A stretch of DNA of 64,000 bases from Bacilli bacterium (GTDB lineage Bacteria; Bacillota_I; Bacilli_A; RFN20; CAG-826). The stretch spans positions 482,487 to 546,486 of the forward strand of contig JBMNLN010000001.1 of NCBI GenBank assembly GCA_050952725.1, given 5' to 3'. Shown piece after piece: positions 28,353 to 37,309 of this stretch. The notes under the pieces are model-generated. The model made no database searches and was not told where the DNA came from. It saw only the letters and a list, made by a program, of their open reading frames with translations. Made by a program: the position numbers and the translations under genes. The first letter of the stretch is position 1. Every line of letters begins with the position of its first letter.

Positions 28353-29174
28353 TCAATGTTTTAACAAAGAATAAATAAAATCTACTGCATTGTTGACCCA
28401 TATTTGATTGGCGTGACAATGTGAGATATCGATGTCTTCGGAGTAAACTCCGCGATTACATAAACTTCCTCCATGCCAGCCATCATCGAATAAATCGAAT
28501 CGGTGCAAAATGTTTTCCTTTTTAAATTTCTCAACGAGCATCAATGAGTTTTCAGGAGGGACACAGGTATCGGTTTTGGTCGTCCAGATATAGGTAGGGG
28601 GATATATTGGTGTAACATTTTTTTCAACCGAAAGAAGGTTTACTAAATCGGGTTTAAAGTTATCAGTAATCACTTGTGCCGTTCCAGAATGAGCATATTT
28701 TTTCATCGTGATTACGGGATAACTCAACACCAAAGAAAAAGGCCGTAAAATCAGTTCGTCGGCTTTAAACTCCTTGGCAAAATGCGCATACAACAATCCA
28801 TAAGAAGCAGCCAGATGTCCCCCAGCAGAAAAACCAACAATTGATGTGCAAAAAGGACGCAAATTAAACTGTTGATGATGATCGTGAATATATTTCATCG
28901 CGATGGCAACTTCTTTTTGGGGAAGAGGGTAAGGTTTCGCGCAAGTATATCTTAAAACAAAGCAATTAAAACCTTCAGACATGAACCGGAGCGCAACTGG
29001 CTCGGCTTCACGGTCGGAACAAAAACTATAACCGCCTCCGGGCAGGATTAAAAGAGCTGGACGTCCACGGTGGGGGATTTCTTTACTTTCGGAACATAAA
29101 TAAATTGACAATGTCGCTTCTTTTCCGGTGACGAGGTTGCTAATTTCTGTGAGCTTAACGGTTTTTAAATACAT
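28353..29174 (-). CDS. Alpha/beta hydrolase, probable carbohydrate (acetyl)esterase
   Basis: PGGGY oxyanion motif, GFSAGGHL nucleophile, D in TDTCVP, H in GWHG. Confidence 0.88.
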   Translation of the reverse strand: MYLKTVKLTEISNLVTGKEATLSIYLCSESKEIPHRGRPALLILPGGGYSFCSDREAEPVALRFMSEGFNCFVLRYTCAKPYPLPQKEVAIAMKYIHDHHQQFNLRPFCTSIVGFSAGGHLAASYGLLYAHFAKEFKADELILRPFSLVLSYPVITMKKYAHSGTAQVITDNFKPDLVNLLSVEKNVTPIYPPTYIWTTKTDTCVPPENSLMLVEKFKKENILHRFDLFDDGWHGGSLCNRGVYSEDIDISHCHANQIWVNNAVDFIYSLLKH

Positions 29175-29328
29175 GAACAAATTGTACCATATAACCGATA
29201 TAATTGTGGTTGCAGATTACGATGATTCATGATTTTTCACCCTTTTAGCAAATGGTTTATAATTTAGTTGATTTCAACAGGGAATTATTTTCAACCTAGT
29301 CGAAAAAAATATACAGAATAGGAAAAGA

Positions 29329-31164
29329 ATGATTATGGAACTTAAAGACGCAATTCAAACAGCTAAAAACTATCTTGGCGAAGTCTTTTTTGCTAATTTA
29401 CAAATCTCTTATTTAAAATGCAAAGACCTAAATCTTCTTTCAGTGAAAAGAAATGGAAACAATGTAGAAATTCAATATGGAAAAAAGGTTAGTTTATTTC
29501 GCGGTTTAACCCTTGTTAAAGAGAAAAAAGACGAAAAAGAATATCATCTAACCTTAAAACGTCATTTTGATACGGATGGCTTAATGCTCGATTGTTCGCG
29601 CAATGGGGTCATGAAAGTTGAAAAAGTTAAAGAGATGATTTTATCGATGGCATTAATGGGGAATAATCGGCTACTGCTTTATACCGAAGATACCTATCAA
29701 TTAGAAAAATATCCTTACTTTGGTTATTTACGTGGCGGCTATAGTCAAGAAGATATAAAAGAAATCGTTCGATATGGTGAAGTTTTCGGAGTTGAGTTCA
29801 TTCCTTGTATCCAAACTTTAGGACATCTGCAACAAGCTCTAAAATGGGAGCCGATGGCCCACCTTCGCGACGGCTTAAGCACGGTGTTAGTTGATGATGA
29901 AGAAACTTACCGTTTCATTGAAGAAATGGTGATTTTTTGCCGTAAATGCTTTAAGAGTAAAGATATTCATATCGGGATGGATGAATCCACAGAGATGGGG
30001 TTACATCGGTATTTACAATTAAATGGCTTTCAAGATCGGGTAGCAATGTTTTCTCGTCATTTATCACGAGTCAAAGAAATTTGCAAAAAATATAATTTCA
30101 CACCGATGATTTGGTCGGATATGCTCTTCCGCCTCAACAGTGAAAACGAAGAATATTACCGAAATACTCCTTTACCAGAAGCGACTCTAAAACTCATTCC
30201 CAAAGATGTGAAATTAGTTTATTGGGACTATTATCATGATACGGAAAAAGCATATTTAGACATGATTCGCTTTCACAAGGATACAGGTAATCCAATTGTT
30301 TTTGCAGGCGGAGCGTGGCGCTGGAAAGGGTATACACCGGCGATTACTTCGTCGATGGAAAATACTCATCTTGCTCTTAATACTTGTTTGAAAGAAGGAG
30401 TTAAAGAAATATTTATCACTGGATGGGGAGATGATGGCAATGAATGCTCCTTCTTTATTGTTTTACCAATACTTGCGGTTTCCTCCGTGATCAATTATTC
30501 GGGTACCTATCATGAGGAGGCAATTGACTCTTTGGTAAGCGCAGTCACAGGTGATTCTTTAAACGATTTCAAAACCCTTGATTTACCCGATCAACCAGCG
30601 GGCAAACGATTATCAAGTTGTTACAATCCCTCAAAATATTTTCTCTATCAAGATGTTTTGCTCGGAATGTTTGATGATCAAGTTCAAAAGGGTTTTGCAG
30701 AAAAATATAGGCAAATAGCAACTGTTTTAAATAAAAAAAGTCAAAAGAGTCAACGTTATCCATACATTTATGAAAACCTGGCTAATCTTTGTCGTGTCCT
30801 ATCTCACAAAGTCGATTTAGGATTAAAGTTAAGAGAAGCCTATCAGAATCATGATAAAAAAAGACTTACAGAACTCATTATCAAAATTAAGCGAACTATC
30901 AAATATTTGGATGTATTTCAAGAAAGCGTCAAGGCACAATGGCTATGTGAATGTCGTCCTTTTGGTTATGAGGTTTTAGATGGCAGGTTGGGTTTTCTAA
31001 GAAATCGTCTTCTTACTGCTAAAGCGCGTGTTGAAGATTATCTTGATGATAAAATTGAACAAATTGAAGAACTTGAAGTAAAAATCCTTCCCTATGATGG
31101 GGGCAATCATGAAGTTTGCTGGAATCATTGGTTAAGAAATGTTTCCGCCTCTAATACCTTCTAA
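29329..31164 (+). CDS. GH20 beta-N-acetylhexosaminidase (GcnA-like, cytoplasmic)
   Basis: MLDCSRN, LYTEDTY, IQTLGH, catalytic HIGMDE, WSDM, YWDYY, WGDDG. Confidence 0.93.
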   Translation: MIMELKDAIQTAKNYLGEVFFANLQISYLKCKDLNLLSVKRNGNNVEIQYGKKVSLFRGLTLVKEKKDEKEYHLTLKRHFDTDGLMLDCSRNGVMKVEKVKEMILSMALMGNNRLLLYTEDTYQLEKYPYFGYLRGGYSQEDIKEIVRYGEVFGVEFIPCIQTLGHLQQALKWEPMAHLRDGLSTVLVDDEETYRFIEEMVIFCRKCFKSKDIHIGMDESTEMGLHRYLQLNGFQDRVAMFSRHLSRVKEICKKYNFTPMIWSDMLFRLNSENEEYYRNTPLPEATLKLIPKDVKLVYWDYYHDTEKAYLDMIRFHKDTGNPIVFAGGAWRWKGYTPAITSSMENTHLALNTCLKEGVKEIFITGWGDDGNECSFFIVLPILAVSSVINYSGTYHEEAIDSLVSAVTGDSLNDFKTLDLPDQPAGKRLSSCYNPSKYFLYQDVLLGMFDDQVQKGFAEKYRQIATVLNKKSQKSQRYPYIYENLANLCRVLSHKVDLGLKLREAYQNHDKKRLTELIIKIKRTIKYLDVFQESVKAQWLCECRPFGYEVLDGRLGFLRNRLLTAKARVEDYLDDKIEQIEELEVKILPYDGGNHEVCWNHWLRNVSASNTF

Positions 31165-31191
31165 CTTTTATAAACTTAACTTTCTTGAATC

Positions 31192-31227
31192 AAGTTAGGA
31201 CAACTGTATCTGACCTAACTCTTTTTG
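31192..31227 (+). terminator. Terminator after the GH20 gene
   Basis: AGTTAGG...CCTAACT stem followed by a T-rich tail. Confidence 0.55.
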
Positions 31228-31348
31228 TTTTTAAGGTTAGGAGAGAAAAAAATGTTCGTATCATCGGTTTTTGATTATAATGATATCGTTATTTACCAAT
31301 AAACCAATTTGTTAGTAAAAATATTCAGATTTTAATCGGAGAAAGAGT

Positions 31349-32191
31349 ATGAAAAAAAATAAATTAAAACCCCGTCGCAACAATACGCTCGCCCTCGTTG
31401 CGGCTGGATTCGGTTTCTTTGCTTACATTTTCGCTTTTACCTTGGCGATTTTATTTGCTGTGTACAATGATTTGCATCTCGATGCTCTTTTCCAAAGCGG
31501 AGATATTAGAATTGTTACCTTATCAGTTATTGCGGGCTTCTTTCTCTCAGTTATTTGGGGAATTGTCGCTTTTAAGGTTCCTCCGCATTATTATCGCTTT
31601 GGAGGCTTTCTTCTCAATGCCCTACTCTTAGGAATTAGTGTATTTTATCTTGTGAGACTAATTCGTCATTTCCAAAATAGTTTTACAATTGACACGGCTG
31701 ATACCCTTGGCACGATCATTTATCTTTTCTTATTTTTAACTGCAGGCTTTTTAATCGTGATGATTATTCTCGCAGTTTTTGATCTCATCTTTTGCTTTCC
31801 TCGAGGAAAAGCCGATAAGGAGGCGACCATTTACGAGCAGCAAATGGCGAAAGAACGCGCCCGCGAAAAGAAAGACTATCTAAAAATCCAAACAGAAAAA
31901 GACGCGGAAAAAATGCGAATTCGCGATGAAAATGAAAAATCACAATTACTGCTTAATGACGACATCAATGTAATTAAACTTGATTCTGGCGTACAACAGG
32001 AGATTATTATCAATTATAATTTTGATTATACAACCGCTCCATTTCCTCGTCCCCTAACCGCTAAGGAGCAGATTCAGGCTCTCTATCATTTACAAGAGCT
32101 TTATTATGCGGGCCTTTTAAACGAACGAGAAGTAGCCGCTTACAAGAAGCGCATCATCGCCCGCGACATCAAGGCAGAGAGCAAGGAATAA
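31349..32191 (+). CDS. 4-TM membrane protein with charged linker and SHOCT-like C-terminus
   Basis: GGAG RBS; four hydrophobic helices; C-terminal LQELYYAGLLNEREVAAYKKRI. Confidence 0.72.
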   Translation: MKKNKLKPRRNNTLALVAAGFGFFAYIFAFTLAILFAVYNDLHLDALFQSGDIRIVTLSVIAGFFLSVIWGIVAFKVPPHYYRFGGFLLNALLLGISVFYLVRLIRHFQNSFTIDTADTLGTIIYLFLFLTAGFLIVMIILAVFDLIFCFPRGKADKEATIYEQQMAKERAREKKDYLKIQTEKDAEKMRIRDENEKSQLLLNDDINVIKLDSGVQQEIIINYNFDYTTAPFPRPLTAKEQIQALYHLQELYYAGLLNEREVAAYKKRIIARDIKAESKE

Positions 32192-32195
32192 AAGG

Positions 32196-32224
32196 AAAAC
32201 CCCTAGGCGAACCTAGGGGTTTTT
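32196..32224. terminator. Bidirectional Rho-independent terminator
   Basis: AAAACCCCTAGG-CGAA-CCTAGGGGTTTTT. Confidence 0.9.
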
Positions 32225-32225
32225 A

Positions 32226-32440
32226 ATAGCACAGATATGGTTAGACCAGTGATCTTTGTCAATCTCGTGAACGATGGCGAGAAGGACAAGCGAGTGCCTA
32301 TCGCGTTTTGGGGCCAAAGGGTGATCAATTCCTTTGGAGTAGGCCTTTTTCATCTACCTACCGAGCATTGCTGAGCCCTTTACCGATGCAGATCGTCCAT
32401 CATCGGTAATGAGAACAGTTCAATTAAGAAGCTGTTGTGT
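32226..32440 (-). ncRNA. Candidate structured non-coding RNA of unknown class
   Basis: At least six consecutive hairpins between a sigma-A promoter (32445-32473) and a strong terminator; no long ORF. Confidence 0.55.
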
Positions 32441-32444
32441 CCGT

Positions 32445-32473
32445 ATGATATTACAAGCATCGATAAATAACAA
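32445..32473 (-). promoter_or_regulatory. Sigma-A promoter of the candidate ncRNA
   Basis: TTGTTA, 17 bp, TATCAT on the minus strand. Confidence 0.55.
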
Positions 32474-32653
32474 CCCCTTTTTTAAAATTAATGATTTTAA
32501 TTTGACGAAAAAGCCTATTAAACATGATTGATAAGTTTAAAAAGCATGATGATTGCACTACATATCACTACAATCACAAGGTTATATATGGCAAACAAGT
32601 GTCATTATTTCAAAATGACAAATTATTATTTTTTCTCTCGTAAGCGGTCGCTA

Positions 32654-33574
32654 TTAATCAATATTAGCAATGATGTTTGCGACATTAATTTCATAGGAGC
32701 TTTTTTTAGCGTTTTTTCTAAATTGACCAGGAGTCGTGCCCATAAACTTTAAAAAATTCCTGTTAAAGGTCATTTTATTATTAAATCCCACTTCGCTAAT
32801 GATTAAATTTAGTGGCATATCCGTTCTTATCATTCGCTCACATGCTTGCTTGATTCGATACTTATTAATGTAATCGGTAACGCACATGTGAAAAGTTTGC
32901 TTAAATAAGGTGTTGAGATAGTTATAAGAAATACCGCATGAATCCGCAACTTGTTTAATTTTTATGTTATTGGTGTAGTTATTATGAATGTAGTTAACGG
33001 CGGTATTAATTTTGCTTTTTTTAGTGCTTTTGGATTGTTCCACATATGATGAAGCGATACAGAGTAAAAGGGTCGACAATAAAGTGGACATCTTGGATTG
33101 CGAGACGTCGTTTTTATCGGTGCTTCGCATATATTGATGAATTGTTTGAATTGTTTCTAAAACAAAATGGTTGTCTAGGGATTCAAAGATGCGCTGATTC
33201 TTATTAATTAAAGTTTTAAAATCTTCATCCTTATAAAACAAATCTGAGATTTTTAAAAATGGATTTTGCTTGTCACTAAGTAATAATTCACAGTTTAAAA
33301 GCGAGGTTTTTTGGGTATCCACCACGAGTTTGTGTTTGATTTCTGAATCAATAAAAACAAATTGGTTGGCATTCAACACAATTGAATCATAATTAACATC
33401 ATCTAAAGTATATTCAATTTGCGCTTTGCCATACAAAATATACATAATTTCCATTGCGGGATGATGATGAAGGTGCATGTCAAATTGATTATAAGTAACC
33501 TTATAGTAAGCACTTAAAGAAAGTCCCCTATTAAAATTGTTTTTATCGAACAGCGAATTACTCGGATATGGCAT
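32654..33574 (-). CDS. AraC-family transcriptional regulator with cupin sensor
   Basis: MHLHHHPAMEIMY cupin; C-terminal AraC HTH ending VGFNNKMTFNRNFLKFMGTTPGQFR. Confidence 0.93.
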   Translation of the reverse strand: MPYPSNSLFDKNNFNRGLSLSAYYKVTYNQFDMHLHHHPAMEIMYILYGKAQIEYTLDDVNYDSIVLNANQFVFIDSEIKHKLVVDTQKTSLLNCELLLSDKQNPFLKISDLFYKDEDFKTLINKNQRIFESLDNHFVLETIQTIHQYMRSTDKNDVSQSKMSTLLSTLLLCIASSYVEQSKSTKKSKINTAVNYIHNNYTNNIKIKQVADSCGISYNYLNTLFKQTFHMCVTDYINKYRIKQACERMIRTDMPLNLIISEVGFNNKMTFNRNFLKFMGTTPGQFRKNAKKSSYEINVANIIANID

Positions 33575-33838
33575 ATACCAAAATTATATTGGAGCCGGAA
33601 AAATAAATCAATTTTACCGTTCCTTAATCGAAGCCTCATGTCTTAGTAATCAGATGATTGCTAGCAGGAGGGCTTCTTTTTTGGTTTTTCAAAGATTGTT
33701 TACCATTGATATTGTGAAAAATGTTACCTTTTAGTAAGAAAATTAATCAAAAAATGTTTTCTTTGGCTCAATATAGTTGTATCTCGCGTACCAAAACAAT
33801 AAAATAAGGTCGAAGAAATCCGAGGAGGATACACCATA

Positions 33839-35446
33839 ATGAATAAACGATATAACCGCGTTTTGTTTTTCCTAAGCATACTTGGGATAACTTTTTCGTC
33901 ATCTGGCTGTGATTTTGGTGGTGCCCTAAAAGGAAAAGAAGGGACATTGAAAATATCAGCTTTTGAAGGCGGGACTGGGGCAACTGTCTGGCAAAAACTA
34001 GCCGATGCCTACATTAGACATAACCCGCGCGCGAAAATTGAAATTAATTGCACTCCGCTAGTCCGCGACGAGTGCCAAACCGCCGTTGAAACCGCGCGGA
34101 GCGATACCGATATCTTCTTTATCGATGGATGCACCACAATGAAAGGGATTGAATATTATCATTCAATCGCCAATATCGCCGAACTTTATAGTTCAACACC
34201 TAAGGCGGGCGATCAAGAAGAAAACATCACCATCGCCGAAAAAATTCGGCCGGAAGTGTTAGAAATGATGAAATATACTGGGGATATGCCACAATACCAA
34301 GGTGGCTATTATACCGCTCCGTGGTTAAGTGGTCCGGCAGGATTGATTTTAAATATGGACGCTTTGGATAACGCGCTTGGAAAAGGAAATTGGTCTACGC
34401 CTCGAACCACAAATGAACTTTTAGATCTTTGCGACCGAATTGTGGCCGCTGATGCCAAAGTAAAAATCAATGGGGTTAACAACAAGGTATACCCTTTTAT
34501 CTATTCTTCCGCTGTGAGTTATTGGCGATATTTGTATTACACATGGATTGCCCAATATATGGGGTTTGACAACTACACCGAAGAATTTTTGAAAGTGAAA
34601 ATTGATGGTGAATATAATATTGAAGCTTTCTTTTCTGAAGGAAAATACAAAGGCTTCGAAGAAATTGAAAAAATCATCAAAAGAGAAAATGGGTATTGCG
34701 ATCCGGTTAGTTTAGGCAACAAATTCATGGCGTCGCAAAAATATTTCTTGCAAGGCCGGGCATGTATGTATGTGACTGGCGACTGGTTCGAGAGAGAAAT
34801 GGAAGGCTCATCTTACACAACCAATATGAAGATGGTCAAAACGCCGATGATCTCCTCATTTGTCACTCCGTTTGAAAACAAATTTAACTTTTCCTTAGGT
34901 GCGACCGCTGCAGAAAAAGAAACTAAACTCTGTGCGATTATCGATGCAATTGATAATGGGGACTCTTCTTTTGAAGGACTGACGGCTGAGCAATATGCTT
35001 ACGCCCGTGAATGTCGGGGGTATTGCTTCACGCTAGCATATGGCTCTTATTGTCTAGTGATGGAATCATCGGTCAATAAAGAAATGGCGATTGACTTTTT
35101 ACGCTTCTATTATTCCGATGAAGGTATTCAAATTGTTCTCGATGATACAAAATCACTTTTACCAGTCATTAATGCTGATAACTATGAGATTTCCGGCGAT
35201 ATTTCTGATTTTAGAAGAACGGTTAATGAAATCTATTTCAATGAGAACTTCCGCAGCATTTCTGGGTTATATAATGATCCGATTCGCTACCGGGGAGGTT
35301 TGGGTGAACATGTCAATAATGAAACACCAGAAGCGGCCATGGGGAAAAAATCTGGCGCGATGACCGCTGTTGAATATCTCGCCAGGGAAAGAGTCTTATT
35401 AACTGCGCGGTGGGATGACATTTTGCGATATGTTAGCGAAAAGTAG
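33839..35446 (+). CDS. Carbohydrate ABC transporter solute-binding lipoprotein
   Basis: GAGGAGG RBS; lipobox SSGC; PRTTNELLDLC and GDWFEREM motifs; followed by two permeases. Confidence 0.87.
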   Translation: MNKRYNRVLFFLSILGITFSSSGCDFGGALKGKEGTLKISAFEGGTGATVWQKLADAYIRHNPRAKIEINCTPLVRDECQTAVETARSDTDIFFIDGCTTMKGIEYYHSIANIAELYSSTPKAGDQEENITIAEKIRPEVLEMMKYTGDMPQYQGGYYTAPWLSGPAGLILNMDALDNALGKGNWSTPRTTNELLDLCDRIVAADAKVKINGVNNKVYPFIYSSAVSYWRYLYYTWIAQYMGFDNYTEEFLKVKIDGEYNIEAFFSEGKYKGFEEIEKIIKRENGYCDPVSLGNKFMASQKYFLQGRACMYVTGDWFEREMEGSSYTTNMKMVKTPMISSFVTPFENKFNFSLGATAAEKETKLCAIIDAIDNGDSSFEGLTAEQYAYARECRGYCFTLAYGSYCLVMESSVNKEMAIDFLRFYYSDEGIQIVLDDTKSLLPVINADNYEISGDISDFRRTVNEIYFNENFRSISGLYNDPIRYRGGLGEHVNNETPEAAMGKKSGAMTAVEYLARERVLLTARWDDILRYVSEK

Positions 35447-36368
35447 TTTTGCGGATTACTCGAGATATTCGCGAAAAATTAAAAGAAACGTCAATCTTAA
35501 GCGTACTATTTTCATTTTCGCTCTTTTAATTATTCCGGTTTTAAACTATCTCATCTTTTTTGTTTATGTTAACTTTCGCTCGATTACACTAGCTTTTCAA
35601 TTTACTACTTCTTCCGGAACCGAATGGTCCCTTTATAATTTTCAACGCTTCTTTAAGGAAATTCAAATTCCAGAATTAGATATTTCGACGGCAGTAAAAA
35701 ATAATATCCTTCTATTTGTCCAAGGAACATTAATTGGAACTCCTCTATGTTTGCTCCTTTCCTATTTTTTATACAAGAAGATTAAAGGTTACAAAATTTT
35801 TAGAGTCATTTTTTTCCTTCCTTCGATTATTTCTGCCGTTGTCTTAGTTGGCTTGTTTAAAAATATTTTTGCTACTAATGGTCCGATTAACGGACTCCTT
35901 TCCTCCATCCTCGGCCGAACTGTGGACATTGAATGGATGGTTGACGATAACATCACCATGTATATCATTTTATTCTTCTGCTTATGGTCGGGATTTGGTG
36001 GGGGAATGATTCTTTTTACTGGAGCGATGAACAGAATTCCTAAAGATGTTTTGGAATATGCTAGACTCGATGGTTGTTCATCCTTTAGAGAATTATTTCA
36101 AATCATCATCCCGATGATTTGGCCAACTTTATCGACGCAATTGCTATTTTCAATCAGCAGTATCTTTGTAGCGTCAGGACCGATTCTCCTTTTTACTAAA
36201 GGGCAATTTAAAACGATGACGATTGGTTATTTTATTCTTGAACAAGTGGAGTGGGGTTCTTATGAATATCCCGCCGCGATTGGTCTATTTTTTACCTTAA
36301 TAAGCATTCCGATTATTTTAATTACTAGGAAACTATTCAATGCGACGCTTGAGGATATTGAATATTAA
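35415..36368 (+). CDS. Carbohydrate ABC transporter permease
   Basis: FRVIFFLPSII; EAA loop IPKDVLEYARLDG. Confidence 0.92.
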   Translation: MTFCDMLAKSSFADYSRYSRKIKRNVNLKRTIFIFALLIIPVLNYLIFFVYVNFRSITLAFQFTTSSGTEWSLYNFQRFFKEIQIPELDISTAVKNNILLFVQGTLIGTPLCLLLSYFLYKKIKGYKIFRVIFFLPSIISAVVLVGLFKNIFATNGPINGLLSSILGRTVDIEWMVDDNITMYIILFFCLWSGFGGGMILFTGAMNRIPKDVLEYARLDGCSSFRELFQIIIPMIWPTLSTQLLFSISSIFVASGPILLFTKGQFKTMTIGYFILEQVEWGSYEYPAAIGLFFTLISIPIILITRKLFNATLEDIEY

Positions 36369-36382
36369 GGAGAGAAGAGAAG

Positions 36383-37258
36383 ATGTTTTACAATCGATTA
36401 AAACGCAATTATCGCTCGAAAACAACTCCTGAAAGAATTTTGTTTTCAGTGGTTTTTATCATTTTTTGCATCTATGCTATCTCTTTAATCCTTCCTTTCA
36501 TTTGGGCTTTTTTATCATCTTTAAAAACTGATGATGAATTTTATGAATCGCTATTTGATTTGCCCCGCAATTGGCTTTTTTCCAACTATGCGAAAGCGTT
36601 CTCGGAATTCAGAATTGGTAATACGACGATGATCGGCATGATTATCAACTCCTTATGGCTTACTTTTGCGGGCACCTTTGTCTCCGTGATGGTTTCAAGC
36701 GCGACCGGCTATATCTTTGCTAAATATCCCTTTAAAGGCTCCAAATTAATTTATGATATTGCCATCATTTCCATGATTATCCCGATTGTCGGGAGTTTAC
36801 CTGCCACTTATAAAGTGGTAACCACATTGCATCTAAACACCCCCCTTACCATTATTGCTCTCTATACTGGCGGTTTTGGTTATAACTTTATTATTTTGAA
36901 CTCTTGTTATCGCTCCATATCCTGGCATTATGCCGAGGCGTCCATGATTGATGGGGCCGGGCATTTTCGCACTTATCTCAAAGTCATGCTCCCGCAAGCA
37001 AAACCTGCTATTTTAGCGATGGCCATTCTTTCATGCATTGGGATTTGGAATGATTACTACACCCCTTTTCTCTATTTAAAGGATTATCCAACCTTAGCGC
37101 TTGGCATCTATCAATTTGATATTATTCAAGAACAACGTTCCAATATGCCGGTTTATTTTTGCGCAATTATCTTGTCAATTATCCCGGTTTTAATTGTCTA
37201 CACGATTTTCCAAGATACGATTATGAATAACTCTGTAGCTGGAGGATTAAAAGGTTAA
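36383..37258 (+). CDS. Carbohydrate ABC transporter permease
   Basis: YAEASMIDGA, WNDY, C-terminal GGLKG. Confidence 0.92.
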   Translation: MFYNRLKRNYRSKTTPERILFSVVFIIFCIYAISLILPFIWAFLSSLKTDDEFYESLFDLPRNWLFSNYAKAFSEFRIGNTTMIGMIINSLWLTFAGTFVSVMVSSATGYIFAKYPFKGSKLIYDIAIISMIIPIVGSLPATYKVVTTLHLNTPLTIIALYTGGFGYNFIILNSCYRSISWHYAEASMIDGAGHFRTYLKVMLPQAKPAILAMAILSCIGIWNDYYTPFLYLKDYPTLALGIYQFDIIQEQRSNMPVYFCAIILSIIPVLIVYTIFQDTIMNNSVAGGLKG

Positions 37259-37309
37259 AGATTTTAAAAGGAGATTTATAAGTAATTTAAATTAAAGGAG
37301 ATTTATAAA

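Noticed and set aside
32226-32440. SRP RNA, RNase P, tmRNA or T-box
   Set aside because: No SRP domain-IV GGAA motif, no GAGGAAAGUCC, no tRNA-like ends and no T-box sequence.
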